From Perkinsela sp. CCAP 1560/9 (lineage: Eukaryota > Protista > Euglenozoa: Kinetoplastea), in assembly GCA_965644495.1 (NCBI GenBank), contig CBFFSA010000020.1, positions 147,001 to 211,000 on the forward strand: DNA of 64,000 nucleotides, given 5' to 3'. Shown piece by piece: positions 35,124 to 46,710 of this stretch. Below the pieces are notes generated by a model, which saw only the letters and a program-made list of their open reading frames with translations, was not told the DNA's origin and searched no databases. The translations under genes were made by a program, and so were the position numbers. How positions within the stretch are numbered: position 1 is the stretch's first letter; the number at the start of each line of letters is the position of its first letter.

Positions 35124-38100
35124 CGATAAAGATACAGTTTCTGTACCTTGTTGCTTGTTGTTTTTTTTTTCTAAACTGTATCTCCAACATGTCCGACAAT
35201 CCCACTTCTCCGCGGAATGTTGACGATGCGCTGCCGGACCTCCCTCGAGCTTCCGGCGGCGTACAGACGCAAACCCTGCACTTCGTCCACAGCAGATCAC
35301 GGCCCGTTAAGATACGACGCCTCACTGATCTGCATTGGACGTATTTCCCGGACATTAAGACCGCGAGCCAATGGTCCATAGTCAGACAAAGAATTCCATC
35401 CCGACAAGGTGCGGAAGTAGCTATCACGAAACTGCTGAGTAAGTGTGCATCAGCACACGATCTCGTAGCTGAACACACCACCTTTGAGGAGCTCGTGGAG
35501 CATAACGCGTGCGACTATATAAAGGTTACGAGGAATGAACACCCCTACACCATCTCCCTGCACCCAAACTGGGTCTCGATGCACACCGACCCTGCCCTCA
35601 GCCTGCGAGACAAGTATTCCACCCCAAGCACGCTAAATAAGGCAGCCCTGAAGGCCATACAGGGAAGAGAAATATCGGGACTGAAGCACATAAAAATCGA
35701 GCTCATAAGAAACCAGGAATCACCAAGCACTGAAACCGCGGAATACGAGAAGCCGCGCAGGATAGAAGAATCCCCTCATAAAATCGCTCCCCCAAGAACG
35801 CCAAAGCCCCAGAAGGGTAAAACTGATCAACACAAGGGACCATGCAAGCACCGCTGCTTGAGCAAACTCTCCTGTGCTCACAAGTGCTGTAAAATCTATG
35901 GACCGCTGCCGAGTGAGGACGCTACATATTGCTCATCAGAAGGAGCACTGCCACCTGAGATCGTCCCAGAAGGAACCGCAAATAACACCAACCCAGGAGA
36001 TCCAAGTAAATATACGCCGGAAAGCACCTCTTCGGAACCTGCGACACATACAAAATGCAACACACATGCGTCGAACGGTCACCGCAAACCTACCGTACAT
36101 GATGAACCTTCCGCCCCGCATCCATGTCGTCATTCCTGCAAGAACAAAGCTACGTGCGGACATCTATGTTGTAAACGAGGCATTAAATCTTCGCATCTGG
36201 ACTTTCCAACTTCCGCGACTTCTACAAATGAAAATCTACAAACGAAGCTATGCAACGCAATATCACGGGAGGGCGCTCACACAACTTTAGAACGCGGGTT
36301 AAACCCGGCAACACAACCTCCACCTGATGTCCAAATGGTCCCACCTGCCGAGGGAACCCAAACAGAGGGGGCCGACGTCAACCAGAACTCCGTAACACCA
36401 AACCTCAACGACAACGATAGTGATTTCCTACGGAAAGCTGCTAAATTGGCTGGTTGGGCCATGCGTAACGTTATAAACTTCTACCGCCTTCCCAATACTA
36501 GCATCAACGGACCAACAAACGGGAACCAGCAAACTGTGCAAATCACGGATGCGACGTGCACTGACAACAAAGATAGCACTATGCACAACCCTGCGCCACT
36601 CCCTGACGCGACGCCTAGCAGTGCAGCGCATTACCCACAGAACACCGTACACGTGGAACCATGTCGTCACCGATGCTCGGCCAAGCTACGCTGTCTGCAT
36701 AAATGCTGTAAGATATATGGACCGCTTAGGTACAATGAGCCCCTCGTCCGACCTTCTCCTCTTCCTCCTCCTTCGCACACTACGGAACTTCGAGTTCCAT
36801 CATGGGATGAAACCAGCGAAAGGGAGCGCCTCCATCTGCTTGAACAACACAAAACCATAACAGGGGGAAAAATGTGCCTAAAGCTTAACGACGATCAATG
36901 GAAGGCGGTTGAAAACAAGGCATACGATACATGTCGAAGGCTGCAATACCCAACAGTAGACACCCCGGAAATCGCAGTGAAAAACGCAGAACTCCTGGGT
37001 GCCTCTCTGGCAGTGGCGGCATACGAAATTGCACAAGAGATTAACCCCACTAAAGGTTTCCTCACGCGATCGAAACGCGGACACGCCCGATTCAAGCACC
37101 GGCCACTTTCGTCTGAAAATGCAGCCCACGAAATGACGAAACACATACGCAACCAAAAGAAATCACTACGCTACACACACGGAACGGAACGCCAAGAGCT
37201 CCGTCGCTGCATTAAGGAAAGTGAGAAGCTAGAGAAAACATACACAGAAGAGGCCAAAGCACATAGGAAACAGCTAGAAAGACAATGGGCCCATAGCAGA
37301 TTCACGCGGAACCCGTGGACAGCAGCATCCGAGGCCTTGGACCGCCCCTCGACCTCCGCCACCGCCGAATATCCTGAATGCGATTTACCTACGATAGAAA
37401 AATATTTCACAGAAAGCACAGCACCTCCCGCCGAAGAGCATCGCCTGCCGCCGAACAACGTACTTGGTCCTCTACCCATCAACGAAATGGAATGGTCTCC
37501 ACTGACCGCGCAAGATGTCGCAGACGCGCTCAGCAGCAAAAGAAGCGCAAGCGCGCCAGGGCGTGATACGATTACAAACGCACTTCTAAAACAATGCAAA
37601 TACCTGTACCCCCGTATAGCGAACACGTTTAATGATCTTCTGCGCTACGGCGTCTGCCCGCCATGCTGGTCCTCCGCCGTAGTTAAACTCATTCACAAAG
37701 GAGGCGAAAAACACATCCCGAAAAACTGGAGACCTATCTCCCTGACTAGCGCTCTAGGCAAACTTTTCAATAGCATGATCGGACACCAAATTTTGACGCA
37801 TACCGTGTCCTCCGGCCTCCTAGATACAAGCGTTCAAAAAGGCTTTCTTCCGAAGATGAGTGGTACACTGGAACACACGCAAGCTCTCTCCGAAATACTA
37901 CAATATTACCGCCGAAACAAAAGGCAATATTGTCTCACGCAGTTTGATCTCAGCAATGCATTCGGCTCGGTCCCCCATAACATCATCTTCGAGGCACTGC
38001 GATGGGCAAACGTCTCGCCACAAATCGTGTCCTACGTTGAAAGCATGTATTCACATGCGGAAATGCGTATTAAGTGTGTCGAAGGTTTGTCACGTGCTAT

Positions 38101-39868
38101 ACCGATACACAGAGGCGTACTACAAGGTGATACCCTGTCGCCCATAATTTTCAACTTAGTGATGGAAACTGTACTACGATACCTCAAGCAATCGTGCCCC
38201 CGGTATGGCCTTGACTACCCAGATACTCCAAGGCATTTCCTGAAAGCCTACGTTGACGACCTGACGATACTGACTAGCAGCGATACCGACATGCAGCACG
38301 CGACCAACACACTCGAAACTGCACTGAGACGAATAGGACTCTCAATCAACGTAGACAAGAGCCGTACACAGTGCATGTCCATGCGTGAAGGCAGTGAGCA
38401 CCCGGGTTACATGACCAGGAAGCCGAGACTCAGTATCGAAGGCAAAGCGATACCACATATATGTGACCGTGGAAGCACTTTTCTTGGAATGACCATAGCA
38501 CCAGGAGCACAGCAAGCGAAAGAACTTTTCAAAAAGCTGGATGTCAGACTAAGAACATGGCTTCGGAATGTCGACGAGAGTGCACACAGTCTCCCCGAAA
38601 AACTTTGGATCTACAACAGAGCGATCGTATCCCGTCTGCGCTACGCCCTCACCGTTCACCCGTGTGTCACTTTCAACTTTGTATTGCGATTGCAGAAAAG
38701 AATTACACGTCACCTTAAGAAATGGATCAATGCAGCATCCACGACTTGCACCGAAATTCTTTATACTGAACGAGGGTGGAACCTTAAAAGTTTATCCAAG
38801 CTGTGGTCCGAATGCTCTATCCTAGCCTTAACACAGATGCACAAGTCGCGGGACCCATCGATACAGGCGGCACTACGAGCCCGAATCAAGCAAGAAGAAG
38901 AAAAACGATCCTCTGGTTATATTCGTCCAAGCGCTGACGCCATTCAACACCTTCATGACGCGCGGAAGGCGCAACAGATAGCCCGTGATAACCATGAATC
39001 TTACGTCATAAATCAGCTTCAGAGACGGGCACCGACAGCAGCAAAGTGGTGGAGCCTCCCCTCCGAGGCTGATCTCGCGAAAGAGTTCTCAGCGGCCCTG
39101 AACAACCTCAACAGTGAAAAACTTTCTCGCTTCGCAGCTTCAGTACTAACGCTTTCACCCCTACCATCCAGAACCAATCTTCGGCTTTGGGGTCTCCGGC
39201 GTGAGAGTGTAACATGTCCCATATGTAAACTCGAACCTCAAACAACAAGGCACGTGCTCTCGGGGTGCAAAGAGTCCCTTCAGCAAGGGAGATACACCCT
39301 CCGTCATGACATGTTACTTGAAGAGCTCGGAAAACACTTGCTGCGTTCGCCGTATACCAAGAGCGTACACCTAGATATCCCCGGATTTAGGAATGCCCCG
39401 GCATGGCTCGGCACCCGTGAGGACCTTCTTCGCCCCGACGGTTTGATTACACTTAAGGATGGAAGTGAGTTCATCATTGAGCTCACTGTGCCCTGGGAAG
39501 AGAACCAGTCTCAGGCGCACGAGGGCAAATCCCGTAAATATAATGCTCTCTTCCATGAACGACGCATTAATCACCCTAGGACGGCCCTTGTTGTATTCGA
39601 AGTGGGAGCCCGCGGCTCGTTACTCACATCTTGTCGAAACCTCAACCTCCTCTTTGACGAGGACACAAAGCTTGCGGAAAAATGTCGAGAAAGTCTAATG
39701 CAGACCGCCCTTCGAGGCAGTTTCATTATCTGGCAGAACCGCGAGTCTGCCGTTTGGACAGAAGGACGGGTATAACGTCTGTAAAAGATAGGTCTGGGCA
39801 GCGTCATATGCGCCCCCCAGGCCTATCCGCATATTCTCTGCCTTATAAAGGTATGATAAATTAAATAA
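35124..39868 (+). mobile_element. Full-length, apparently intact SL-headed RLE-type (HERO/NeSL-like) LINE
   Basis: SL 30-mer at 35124-35153, single ORF, short 3' UTR with hairpin GGTCTGGG/CCCAGGCC, no polyA, no clear TSD. Confidence 0.92.
35189..39775 (+). CDS. Retrotransposon polyprotein, 1528 aa: three Cys/His fingers, RT, CCHC knuckle, PD-(D/E)xK restriction-like endonuclease
   Basis: NWRPISL, QKGF, DLSNAFGSVPH, GVLQGDTLSPIIF, AYVDD, CPICK..HVLSGC, RHD, RPDG..IIELTVPWEEN. Confidence 0.95.
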   Translation: MSDNPTSPRNVDDALPDLPRASGGVQTQTLHFVHSRSRPVKIRRLTDLHWTYFPDIKTASQWSIVRQRIPSRQGAEVAITKLLSKCASAHDLVAEHTTFEELVEHNACDYIKVTRNEHPYTISLHPNWVSMHTDPALSLRDKYSTPSTLNKAALKAIQGREISGLKHIKIELIRNQESPSTETAEYEKPRRIEESPHKIAPPRTPKPQKGKTDQHKGPCKHRCLSKLSCAHKCCKIYGPLPSEDATYCSSEGALPPEIVPEGTANNTNPGDPSKYTPESTSSEPATHTKCNTHASNGHRKPTVHDEPSAPHPCRHSCKNKATCGHLCCKRGIKSSHLDFPTSATSTNENLQTKLCNAISREGAHTTLERGLNPATQPPPDVQMVPPAEGTQTEGADVNQNSVTPNLNDNDSDFLRKAAKLAGWAMRNVINFYRLPNTSINGPTNGNQQTVQITDATCTDNKDSTMHNPAPLPDATPSSAAHYPQNTVHVEPCRHRCSAKLRCLHKCCKIYGPLRYNEPLVRPSPLPPPSHTTELRVPSWDETSERERLHLLEQHKTITGGKMCLKLNDDQWKAVENKAYDTCRRLQYPTVDTPEIAVKNAELLGASLAVAAYEIAQEINPTKGFLTRSKRGHARFKHRPLSSENAAHEMTKHIRNQKKSLRYTHGTERQELRRCIKESEKLEKTYTEEAKAHRKQLERQWAHSRFTRNPWTAASEALDRPSTSATAEYPECDLPTIEKYFTESTAPPAEEHRLPPNNVLGPLPINEMEWSPLTAQDVADALSSKRSASAPGRDTITNALLKQCKYLYPRIANTFNDLLRYGVCPPCWSSAVVKLIHKGGEKHIPKNWRPISLTSALGKLFNSMIGHQILTHTVSSGLLDTSVQKGFLPKMSGTLEHTQALSEILQYYRRNKRQYCLTQFDLSNAFGSVPHNIIFEALRWANVSPQIVSYVESMYSHAEMRIKCVEGLSRAIPIHRGVLQGDTLSPIIFNLVMETVLRYLKQSCPRYGLDYPDTPRHFLKAYVDDLTILTSSDTDMQHATNTLETALRRIGLSINVDKSRTQCMSMREGSEHPGYMTRKPRLSIEGKAIPHICDRGSTFLGMTIAPGAQQAKELFKKLDVRLRTWLRNVDESAHSLPEKLWIYNRAIVSRLRYALTVHPCVTFNFVLRLQKRITRHLKKWINAASTTCTEILYTERGWNLKSLSKLWSECSILALTQMHKSRDPSIQAALRARIKQEEEKRSSGYIRPSADAIQHLHDARKAQQIARDNHESYVINQLQRRAPTAAKWWSLPSEADLAKEFSAALNNLNSEKLSRFAASVLTLSPLPSRTNLRLWGLRRESVTCPICKLEPQTTRHVLSGCKESLQQGRYTLRHDMLLEELGKHLLRSPYTKSVHLDIPGFRNAPAWLGTREDLLRPDGLITLKDGSEFIIELTVPWEENQSQAHEGKSRKYNALFHERRINHPRTALVVFEVGARGSLLTSCRNLNLLFDEDTKLAEKCRESLMQTALRGSFIIWQNRESAVWTEGRV

Positions 39869-40635
39869 GTCATCAAGACGGGATTGTCCGGGACGGTAAC
39901 GTTCGTCCATCTCCCGCTCATGATAAAAAACATAAAACTCAATGAGAGCCTTTTTACAGGCGAGATCGATTTCGCCACCCTACCGGTAAATTTAGGATTG
40001 CTGGGATTACGCGGGAACCAGTTCACGGGCCTTGTCGCACTCACCGCATTGCCCGCGGGGCTACGGACGTTTGACGTGGCCTCAAACCATTTTACGGGAC
40101 AGCTCGATCTAAGTGCTTTGCCTCCGAATATGGTACATCTCAATCTCAGTAGCAATGCCTTCGAGGGGGCGCTCGTCTTCCACGCGAATCTTCCGTCCTC
40201 GTTGCTCTATCTCGGACTCTATGGCAATGCGCTCTCCGGGATTGTTGATTTTTCTCCCATCATGGAGCACAAAATCTTAACGCGGTGTCGTTACCTTTCA
40301 CGCACGTATGGGATTAATTTGTACAAAAACCATTTTACGGATTGGGGCCCAAAAAATAGTAAATTTGGAGGAAGATTGCCGATGGGTGTGCTGTTTACTT
40401 AGTGCCTTTGCATGCCTTGGTGTGAGGTGTGTGCGTGTCTTTTAAAACCATAATAAAGAATAAACTCGTATTATGAACAAACCTTTTTTTGTTAATCATC
40501 AAACCTTTTTTGTTCATCATCGGCGGTTGGTTAAGAGTAGATGAAAGACGAACTACTACCCCCTTTTTCAAGAATGATAGATGCAAGCCAGGGCATGCCT
40601 ACCCTCTGGGGCTAGGGGCTGATTCCACTTATCCA

Positions 40636-41340
40636 CTAAGCAAGGACGAAGGCCATTGTAAAGACGTCCGCGCCTAGCCTAACGAACGGGTTAGAGCGCG
40701 GAGCTCCGTGGGAGAGAAGGTGAACCCCATTTCGCTCCATGGGAGAGCGAACACCCCATTCTGCCCCTTCCCCAGTTTGAAAAGGCAAAGCTATAGCCTG
40801 AGATGCGGCCTCCCGGGATCCGTGGGCATCCAATGGATCCCACTCATCATGTTGGGCAGAGAAAGAAACCGAAGCGACGTATGCCGCGGCACAGTAGAGA
40901 GACGAAGAGTGCGGACCAAAGCCCCCATGCTTTTTTCCTCGTTGGGCCTGGGTACGTCCGGAGGGATTCCGTGAGCAGATGACATCTTCGAGGGCGCGTA
41001 CGACTGCGTTATCGAGGCTTGAACAGAGACCCAACATGGATTTGGGGAGTATGGTGCGGAGAGGAAAGACGAGCTAGCAGAAGCCTGAATCTTGGCGGAC
41101 GAAAGTTAAAGCGCTTTGACGACCGTCGATCTTCTTTATAGCCCTGAGTGTCGATATCGCAGTCGCCAAAGCGTGCTCGCGAAGATAATCGCAGCAGTGT
41201 TCTGCCGACCCAACAGGGCTGACATAGATGTTAAAGTTGCCATCAAGGTGTATTTTTTCCATGGGGATCTGTGGGAATATTGTGCTGCACTGTGCACATT
41301 CTTTCTTCGTGATGCAAGCGAGATAGAAGCTTTTCTGCTT
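40636..41340 (-). pseudogene. Decayed CRE-LINE fragment (post-RT region)
   Basis: DGNFNIYVSPVGSAEHC and KKHGGFG..AAYVASV, paralogous to ~5800-6250. Confidence 0.8.
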
Positions 41341-41583
41341 GTGCCAACACCTCTTTCTGCAGGCAGGCTTTGTACTTCTCATCAATTGGTTTTTTTAAAA
41401 CTCATAAAAATATATTTTCGCACAATTTCGTTTCTTTGCGGCAGCGAATAATAGCGGGAACGTCTAGAACGCGAAATTCTACACGAAAATGTGCTATGTT
41501 ACCCCCTCCACACAGATTTCTGACTATGATAACTTATCCGTGACGCGGGGTATAATTTTGTGCTTCATTTCACATTGTTCTTC

Positions 41584-42324
41584 ATGTTCTATACCTTTCT
41601 AGCAGCGGATGTTCCAGAGTCGCGTGTCATAACTCGCGCAGCCAAAGTGAGCGCGACGAATCTTCCGTCAGAATACGATCTTGTGCGACTGGTGCGTAAC
41701 ATTGAGAATCCACATACCTCGTGGAGTACATCAACCCCGGCTTGCGAGTGGGATGGCGTGTCTTGTAACAAAGAGGCTGAGATAACGGGGATTAATTGGC
41801 CCTCAAGAAAACTAACCGGTGAGCTAAGCTTTAGTTATCTACCGAAAACACTGCATACTTTGTACGCTTATGTAAACAAGCTTTCCGGTGAATTGCAATT
41901 TGATACGTTTCCTGTTACATGTATGATGCGTACGTTAAGTCTTCGGGACAATGAGTTAAGTGGACCATTGGACTTAACGGCTCTTCCTCCAAAACTGAAG
42001 ACGTTAATACTCTCTGGGAACCAATTTACGGGTGACGTTTGTTTGACGAAATTACCGTCAGAGCTCATAAATCTTTGTCTTGGTAGGAACAAGCTATCCG
42101 GAGAGCTTTGCTTTAGTGAACTACCGAAGGTCGTTATGCTCCGACTTGAAAACAATAACTTTTCCGGAAATATTGATCTAACAGGAGTTCCACCTTCATT
42201 GGGAGACCTTCATTTGTCCAACAATGTGAATCTATTTGGCGAAATAGAAGAGCGTCTTTTTTCCGAAAAACTGCGCAAAGGTCTGAAAATTGAAAACACC
42301 AACATTACGCGTTTAACATCTTAA
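41584..42324 (+). CDS. Leucine-rich repeat protein (intact)
   Basis: AADVP..AKVSATNLPSEYDL..SWSTSTPACEWDGVSC plus LRRs. Confidence 0.9.
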   Translation: MFYTFLAADVPESRVITRAAKVSATNLPSEYDLVRLVRNIENPHTSWSTSTPACEWDGVSCNKEAEITGINWPSRKLTGELSFSYLPKTLHTLYAYVNKLSGELQFDTFPVTCMMRTLSLRDNELSGPLDLTALPPKLKTLILSGNQFTGDVCLTKLPSELINLCLGRNKLSGELCFSELPKVVMLRLENNNFSGNIDLTGVPPSLGDLHLSNNVNLFGEIEERLFSEKLRKGLKIENTNITRLTS

Positions 42325-43333
42325 TGTTTTTCTTGCTTAAATCATAAGCTCAGCGTTATAAACCACAGTCAGGTTTAAGATTCCTGTAGCCTTATAACAT
42401 TCAGGGGGAATATGTTTCGATGTCCCACGCATTTTTTAAACTCACCGTCCTGAACATTTCTTATATCGTATAATTTAAATGATGTTGGAGAGTATAATCC
42501 ATTAAGCACCTATTTAAATTTTAGAACGAGGGGACGCTGTGGTGCAATTTTATGACCAAAGCGATGTTGAAACCGACACGGAAGAAAACCGCTCTGAATT
42601 AGAAATGGCTCATCCAATCCAAATCATTCCGGAATGTCCCAGAAGGTCACTGGCAAGCCAGGCCCTTCACACACAGAGTTGGAAGTTCCGAGGCCGAGAG
42701 AACGTTGGAAAGTTAATTTAGGCTCTACGTTAAACGTGGTGGTTGTTTTCAACTTAGAAGTCACTCATGCTGCGCGCTTCGCGTTGAAAACTACCACCGC
42801 GTTTAACGAAGAGCCTAAAAAAGAAAATTCGGCCCGGAAAGCTAAAGAAAACACAAAGATTATTGCCAAAAATAGCCGATTTTAGGGTAAAAATGGGATG
42901 ATTTTTGCGTATTTTTGCTCTCAGAGCACTAAATCCGATATTTGCGTGTGAGAAATCACTCGTACGCGACTCCAACCACACCATTCTTTTGACATAAAAA
43001 AGTTCCCTTTAGGTCCGAAAATTACTTTTTCGCATTTTTTGGTCAAAAATGGGGCATTTTGGGAGGCGTACCACGGCTTCAAGAAGCGACATCTCGCAAA
43101 AATACAATAGGCGAAACAATTTTGGAAAATTATTTTTTTTATCATTTTTTTCGTCAAGTTGAAACTTTTTTCAAAAACAAATTCCGAAAAAATCCGAACT
43201 TGACGGACCCGTCCTGCGCATACGAGGGGGGGTCACCCCTGGGTAGGGGGGTGGAAAATACGCGCCAAGACCCCGGCTACCCCTTCTGCTATTCGAGCGG
43301 GCACTTCTGGCCTACCGCCAACATGGGCCACTA

Positions 43334-43612
43334 ATGTCAACTACAATAATAAGGATAGACAATACTAGTGTGGAATATGCCCTACGGAAAAAATGGGCAG
43401 AATCTCCCAGTATTGCCCAGGTTCTTGCTCGACTACTCGAGCTCATGAATAAGAACGGTATCCGTCTAATTCCACAATATGTAAACACAAAGGAAAACTT
43501 GGCAGACCCCTGGAGTCGAGATAAATTTTCCACTTGGCGAAACGGGGGAATATTTGAACTGTCCTCGAAGGAGACTGGCGAATGGGGCGGGTGCGGATGT
43601 CCCCTTCGTTAG
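43334..43612 (+). pseudogene. DIRS/VIPER-type RNase H fragment
   Basis: IRIDNTSV...YVNTKENLADPWSR. Confidence 0.7.
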
Positions 43613-44156
43613 TCCTTTAGCAAGTTATGATGAAATAGATTTGAGTATATATATAGTTTAACCCGTTTCTTAGAAGTTGATAAGAGCATTACGTAGCAGC
43701 AAAAGATCGTTACAATTATGAGCACTCATTACTTACGTACTTATTAAGAAAATGAAATAGTGAGGGCCCGCGCGATGTCACCAAGGCCTAATTATGGGAT
43801 CTTGCGTGAGTAATTCGGCATAAGTGGGTAATAAAGAGGAGGCGAACATAAATTATAATTGTATGATATTCGAACTAGTTCACTTTCTTTGATATTATCA
43901 TTTACCTGTGTCATTTTGTTTTACCCGCCCACCTCCCCTCTACTGAGTGCGGACGTCCCCTTCGTTAGTCCTTTAGCAAGTTATGATGAAATACATTTGA
44001 ATATACAGTGTATATATAGTTTAACCCGTTTCTTAGAAGTTGATAAGAGCATTACGTAGCAGCAGAAGATCGTTACAATTATGAGCACTCATTACTTACG
44101 TACTTATTAAGAAAATGAAATAGTGAGGGCCCGCGCGATGTCACCAAGGCCTAATT
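43591..44156 (+). repeat. ~205-bp direct repeat (43591-43794 and 43947-44156)
   Basis: Near-identical copies starting GTGCGGAYGTCCCCTTCGTTAG. Confidence 0.85.
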
Positions 44157-44491
44157 AAGAGCAATATTATGTGATACATAAGTGCTGTAGTATTTTATAC
44201 TCAACTACAACGAGAAACTTTGACTTCAAGACGTTATTCGTGACACCAAGACAAACCACAGAAATCTCGGATGCGATAATACAAACGAAAAGATAAACAG
44301 AGCTGTGGACGCGAAAATAACACACATGCTTCAAAATTAAAGCCCATTTGGAGATACATGTAATTGAACGCTTTTTGGTGACAAAGCATAGCCCAAATTT
44401 AGAGAAAGTCACTGCAACTTTTGAGTTGAAAAGTAGTTTTTGTATGCGCATTATCCAATAAAACAAATCCGAGAATGAAAAGGAAATTCAC

Positions 44492-45514
44492 TCATTCCTG
44501 CGAGCTGTCTACCAACAGAGTTGGTCGAGACCCCTCCTTGAACTCACATACCTCATCTTGGGAGACCCCTGGGAGAAGGATATTCGAAAACAATTCTTTA
44601 GGGGTTGCGTCTTGGAGTACATCGAGGGGTCGTCTGTTGATGGAATCGCACACTGTTTGAAGAACAGCTTGGGTAATCCCGGTGAATTTAAGCGCTTTCG
44701 GATAAAAATCGCGGACTACCCCATTAAAACGCTTTACACCACCCTTCTCCCAACTTGCGTACGGTTTGCAGAAGAAAGAGACGCATCCGAACGACTCATT
44801 GACTTTCTCATGCTTCGCGAATTCTGTTCCGTTGTCATACGTAACAGTATGAACGAAGAAGCCCCGTAAAGCCTTGTTGACCTCCTGGGCAACAAGTTCG
44901 GAATTCTTTGAGGAAAGAATGCGTAGGATACCGAAACGGCTCTTCCGTTCTACTAAACTTAGGAAATAGCCTGAGTGTTTCGTACCTTCAATTAAATCGC
45001 ACTCCCAGTCTCCATATCTGGAGCGGATGATGATAATATCAGGACATTCGCTGATGTCAGTACAGTTCGGGATTTTTAATCGATTAAGACCACGACGCCG
45101 TCTTCCGCGACCACCTTTGCGTCGAAGGTATTGCGTCACGTCGCCGCCTTTATCTTCCCGTTTGATCTGGCCATATATTGCCACGCGCGAAATCTTAAAT
45201 CCGTCGTCTTTCCATAGCGTTTTCGCGATTTGCTGTGGACTAAAGCGTTCCTTTAGCAACGAGATGACTTTGTCCTTTATTCGACCACATACCTTGGGGC
45301 GTTTGTGCTTTCGCGTGGTCTTGGTAACCATGGCCGCTTTCTGAGCCCGTTTAGCGTCATAGTGGCCCTTTCGAGAGCCTCGAGTGAGCTCACGACTTAG
45401 AGTTGATTGCGAAACGCCGAGCTTTTCAGCAATCTCTTCTTGAGAAAAATTTTGCTGGTTGTATAACACTTCTATCGTTCCGCAGTCCTCTGCATCCAGT
45501 TGCTTTTTGGTCAT
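44492..45514 (-). CDS. IS30-family transposase (bacterial type), probably inactive
   Basis: HTH EIAEKLGVSQSTLSREL, SPQQI, GDWECDLIEG, LVERKSRF, TYDNGTEF, FCKPYASWEKG. The expected catalytic E appears as K (GGVKRFNG). Confidence 0.85.
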   Translation of the reverse strand: MTKKQLDAEDCGTIEVLYNQQNFSQEEIAEKLGVSQSTLSRELTRGSRKGHYDAKRAQKAAMVTKTTRKHKRPKVCGRIKDKVISLLKERFSPQQIAKTLWKDDGFKISRVAIYGQIKREDKGGDVTQYLRRKGGRGRRRRGLNRLKIPNCTDISECPDIIIIRSRYGDWECDLIEGTKHSGYFLSLVERKSRFGILRILSSKNSELVAQEVNKALRGFFVHTVTYDNGTEFAKHEKVNESFGCVSFFCKPYASWEKGGVKRFNGVVRDFYPKALKFTGITQAVLQTVCDSINRRPLDVLQDATPKELFSNILLPGVSQDEVCEFKEGSRPTLLVDSSQE

Positions 45515-45860
45515 AAGGAGCACAAAAAAAGAGCAGAAAGTAAAGGAAGACAAATTAATACTCCATAGGATGTAATGCAAACAGATAGTGGCAGACGGTG
45601 ACAGATGGTGGCAGACGGTGGCAGACAAAAAGACCACTTGGTACACTATTTTTTTCGTCTAGCATAGATAAGCCGCTTGCCAACATTACCTTTTCGAAAG
45701 TTCACATCCCCCCCCCCTGACCAGTCGTTCAAAAAACACGATCGACCCTGTAATATCGAGTTTCTAAAAAATCCAAAACGTAGCACTACGTCGTTAGATG
45801 AGTTCTTTGATAAACGAGAGGAATAAAGCAAAAAAATGTGTTACCAAGTTAAAAATCTAA

Positions 45861-46617
45861 TTATGAACTCAAATCAATCTCATCGACTGAGTTAAAGTAG
45901 TCCCGAGAGTCGCTTTGAGTATGAAATACGTAAGCGTCCATTGGCCCCGTTTTACTAAGCTGCTCGGGAGCTGGATATCGAGAACTCTGATTTTCATGTT
46001 TTTCAATGATGTCTTCGATTTCCCGGATTTTGTTACATGTTAATGCTTGATATCTACCCTTTGCTCCGTGACGATGAAAATTATCAATGTTGTGTACAAT
46101 GAGAGCGCAGCAGAAAGCGTGAAACAACATTTCCGAGTTTCAAGTCCACTGCTTAAACGCCAGAAAACGACCGACATTGACACGCCCGAATACGTGTTCT
46201 ATACGAGCGCGAAAAAAATAAAGGCTTTCGTTTATTTTTAACGTGCGCTTCTGTCATATACTCTCTATTGCTCAAACGACTTCGTGAAAATTGTGGCCAT
46301 ATCTGCGATTTGGAAAATGGAAGTATAGCCCTTGTTGTGGCTCCGTTGTAGAACCCTCCGTCTGCAAGAGCACACAAGCCTTTTCTATCCAGGAAATTCA
46401 TCACACCGCAAGCGCCTTGTATGACAGAATCCGACGACGCCCCACAATACAGCGAGTCGCCAACGAAACATACGTACCCACTCAATGTGCATGCAACAAA
46501 CGCTTTAGCTACGTGCGTTGAGTATTTGGGTTGATAGTTCCCAGTTGTCCACGTCTGTGCAAGCCCCAAACAGACAAACCCGGGACAGGGTTTATGTTTA
46601 ACAATATCTCTACACAC
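45861..46617 (-). pseudogene. Harbinger/ISL2EU-like (DDE_Tnp_4) transposase fragment
   Basis: YQPKYSTHVAK, GYVCFV..YCGASSD, LADGGF, ILPF; frameshifted. Confidence 0.65.
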
Positions 46618-46710
46618 ATCTCTAAATTTTTATGTACAAAAACATGTAGAAAATGTTAGAAAATTGTTCAATAAAAAAAAGAGTTTTTTGGCCGGAAGTA
46701 TAAAGGGAGG

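Larger units (their letters stand above)
34686..40402 (+). pseudogene. LRR gene split by LINE insertion (5' part to ~35123, 3' part from ~39869)
   Basis: GKVRRELLPQE, CTWRGITC and LPPTL upstream; VIKTGLSGTV plus LRRs downstream. Confidence 0.8.

Noticed and set aside
44405-44435. TGCAACTTTTGAGTTGAA as an IS30 inverted repeat
   Set aside because: Its orientation looks wrong for that end, and no partner was found upstream of the transposase.
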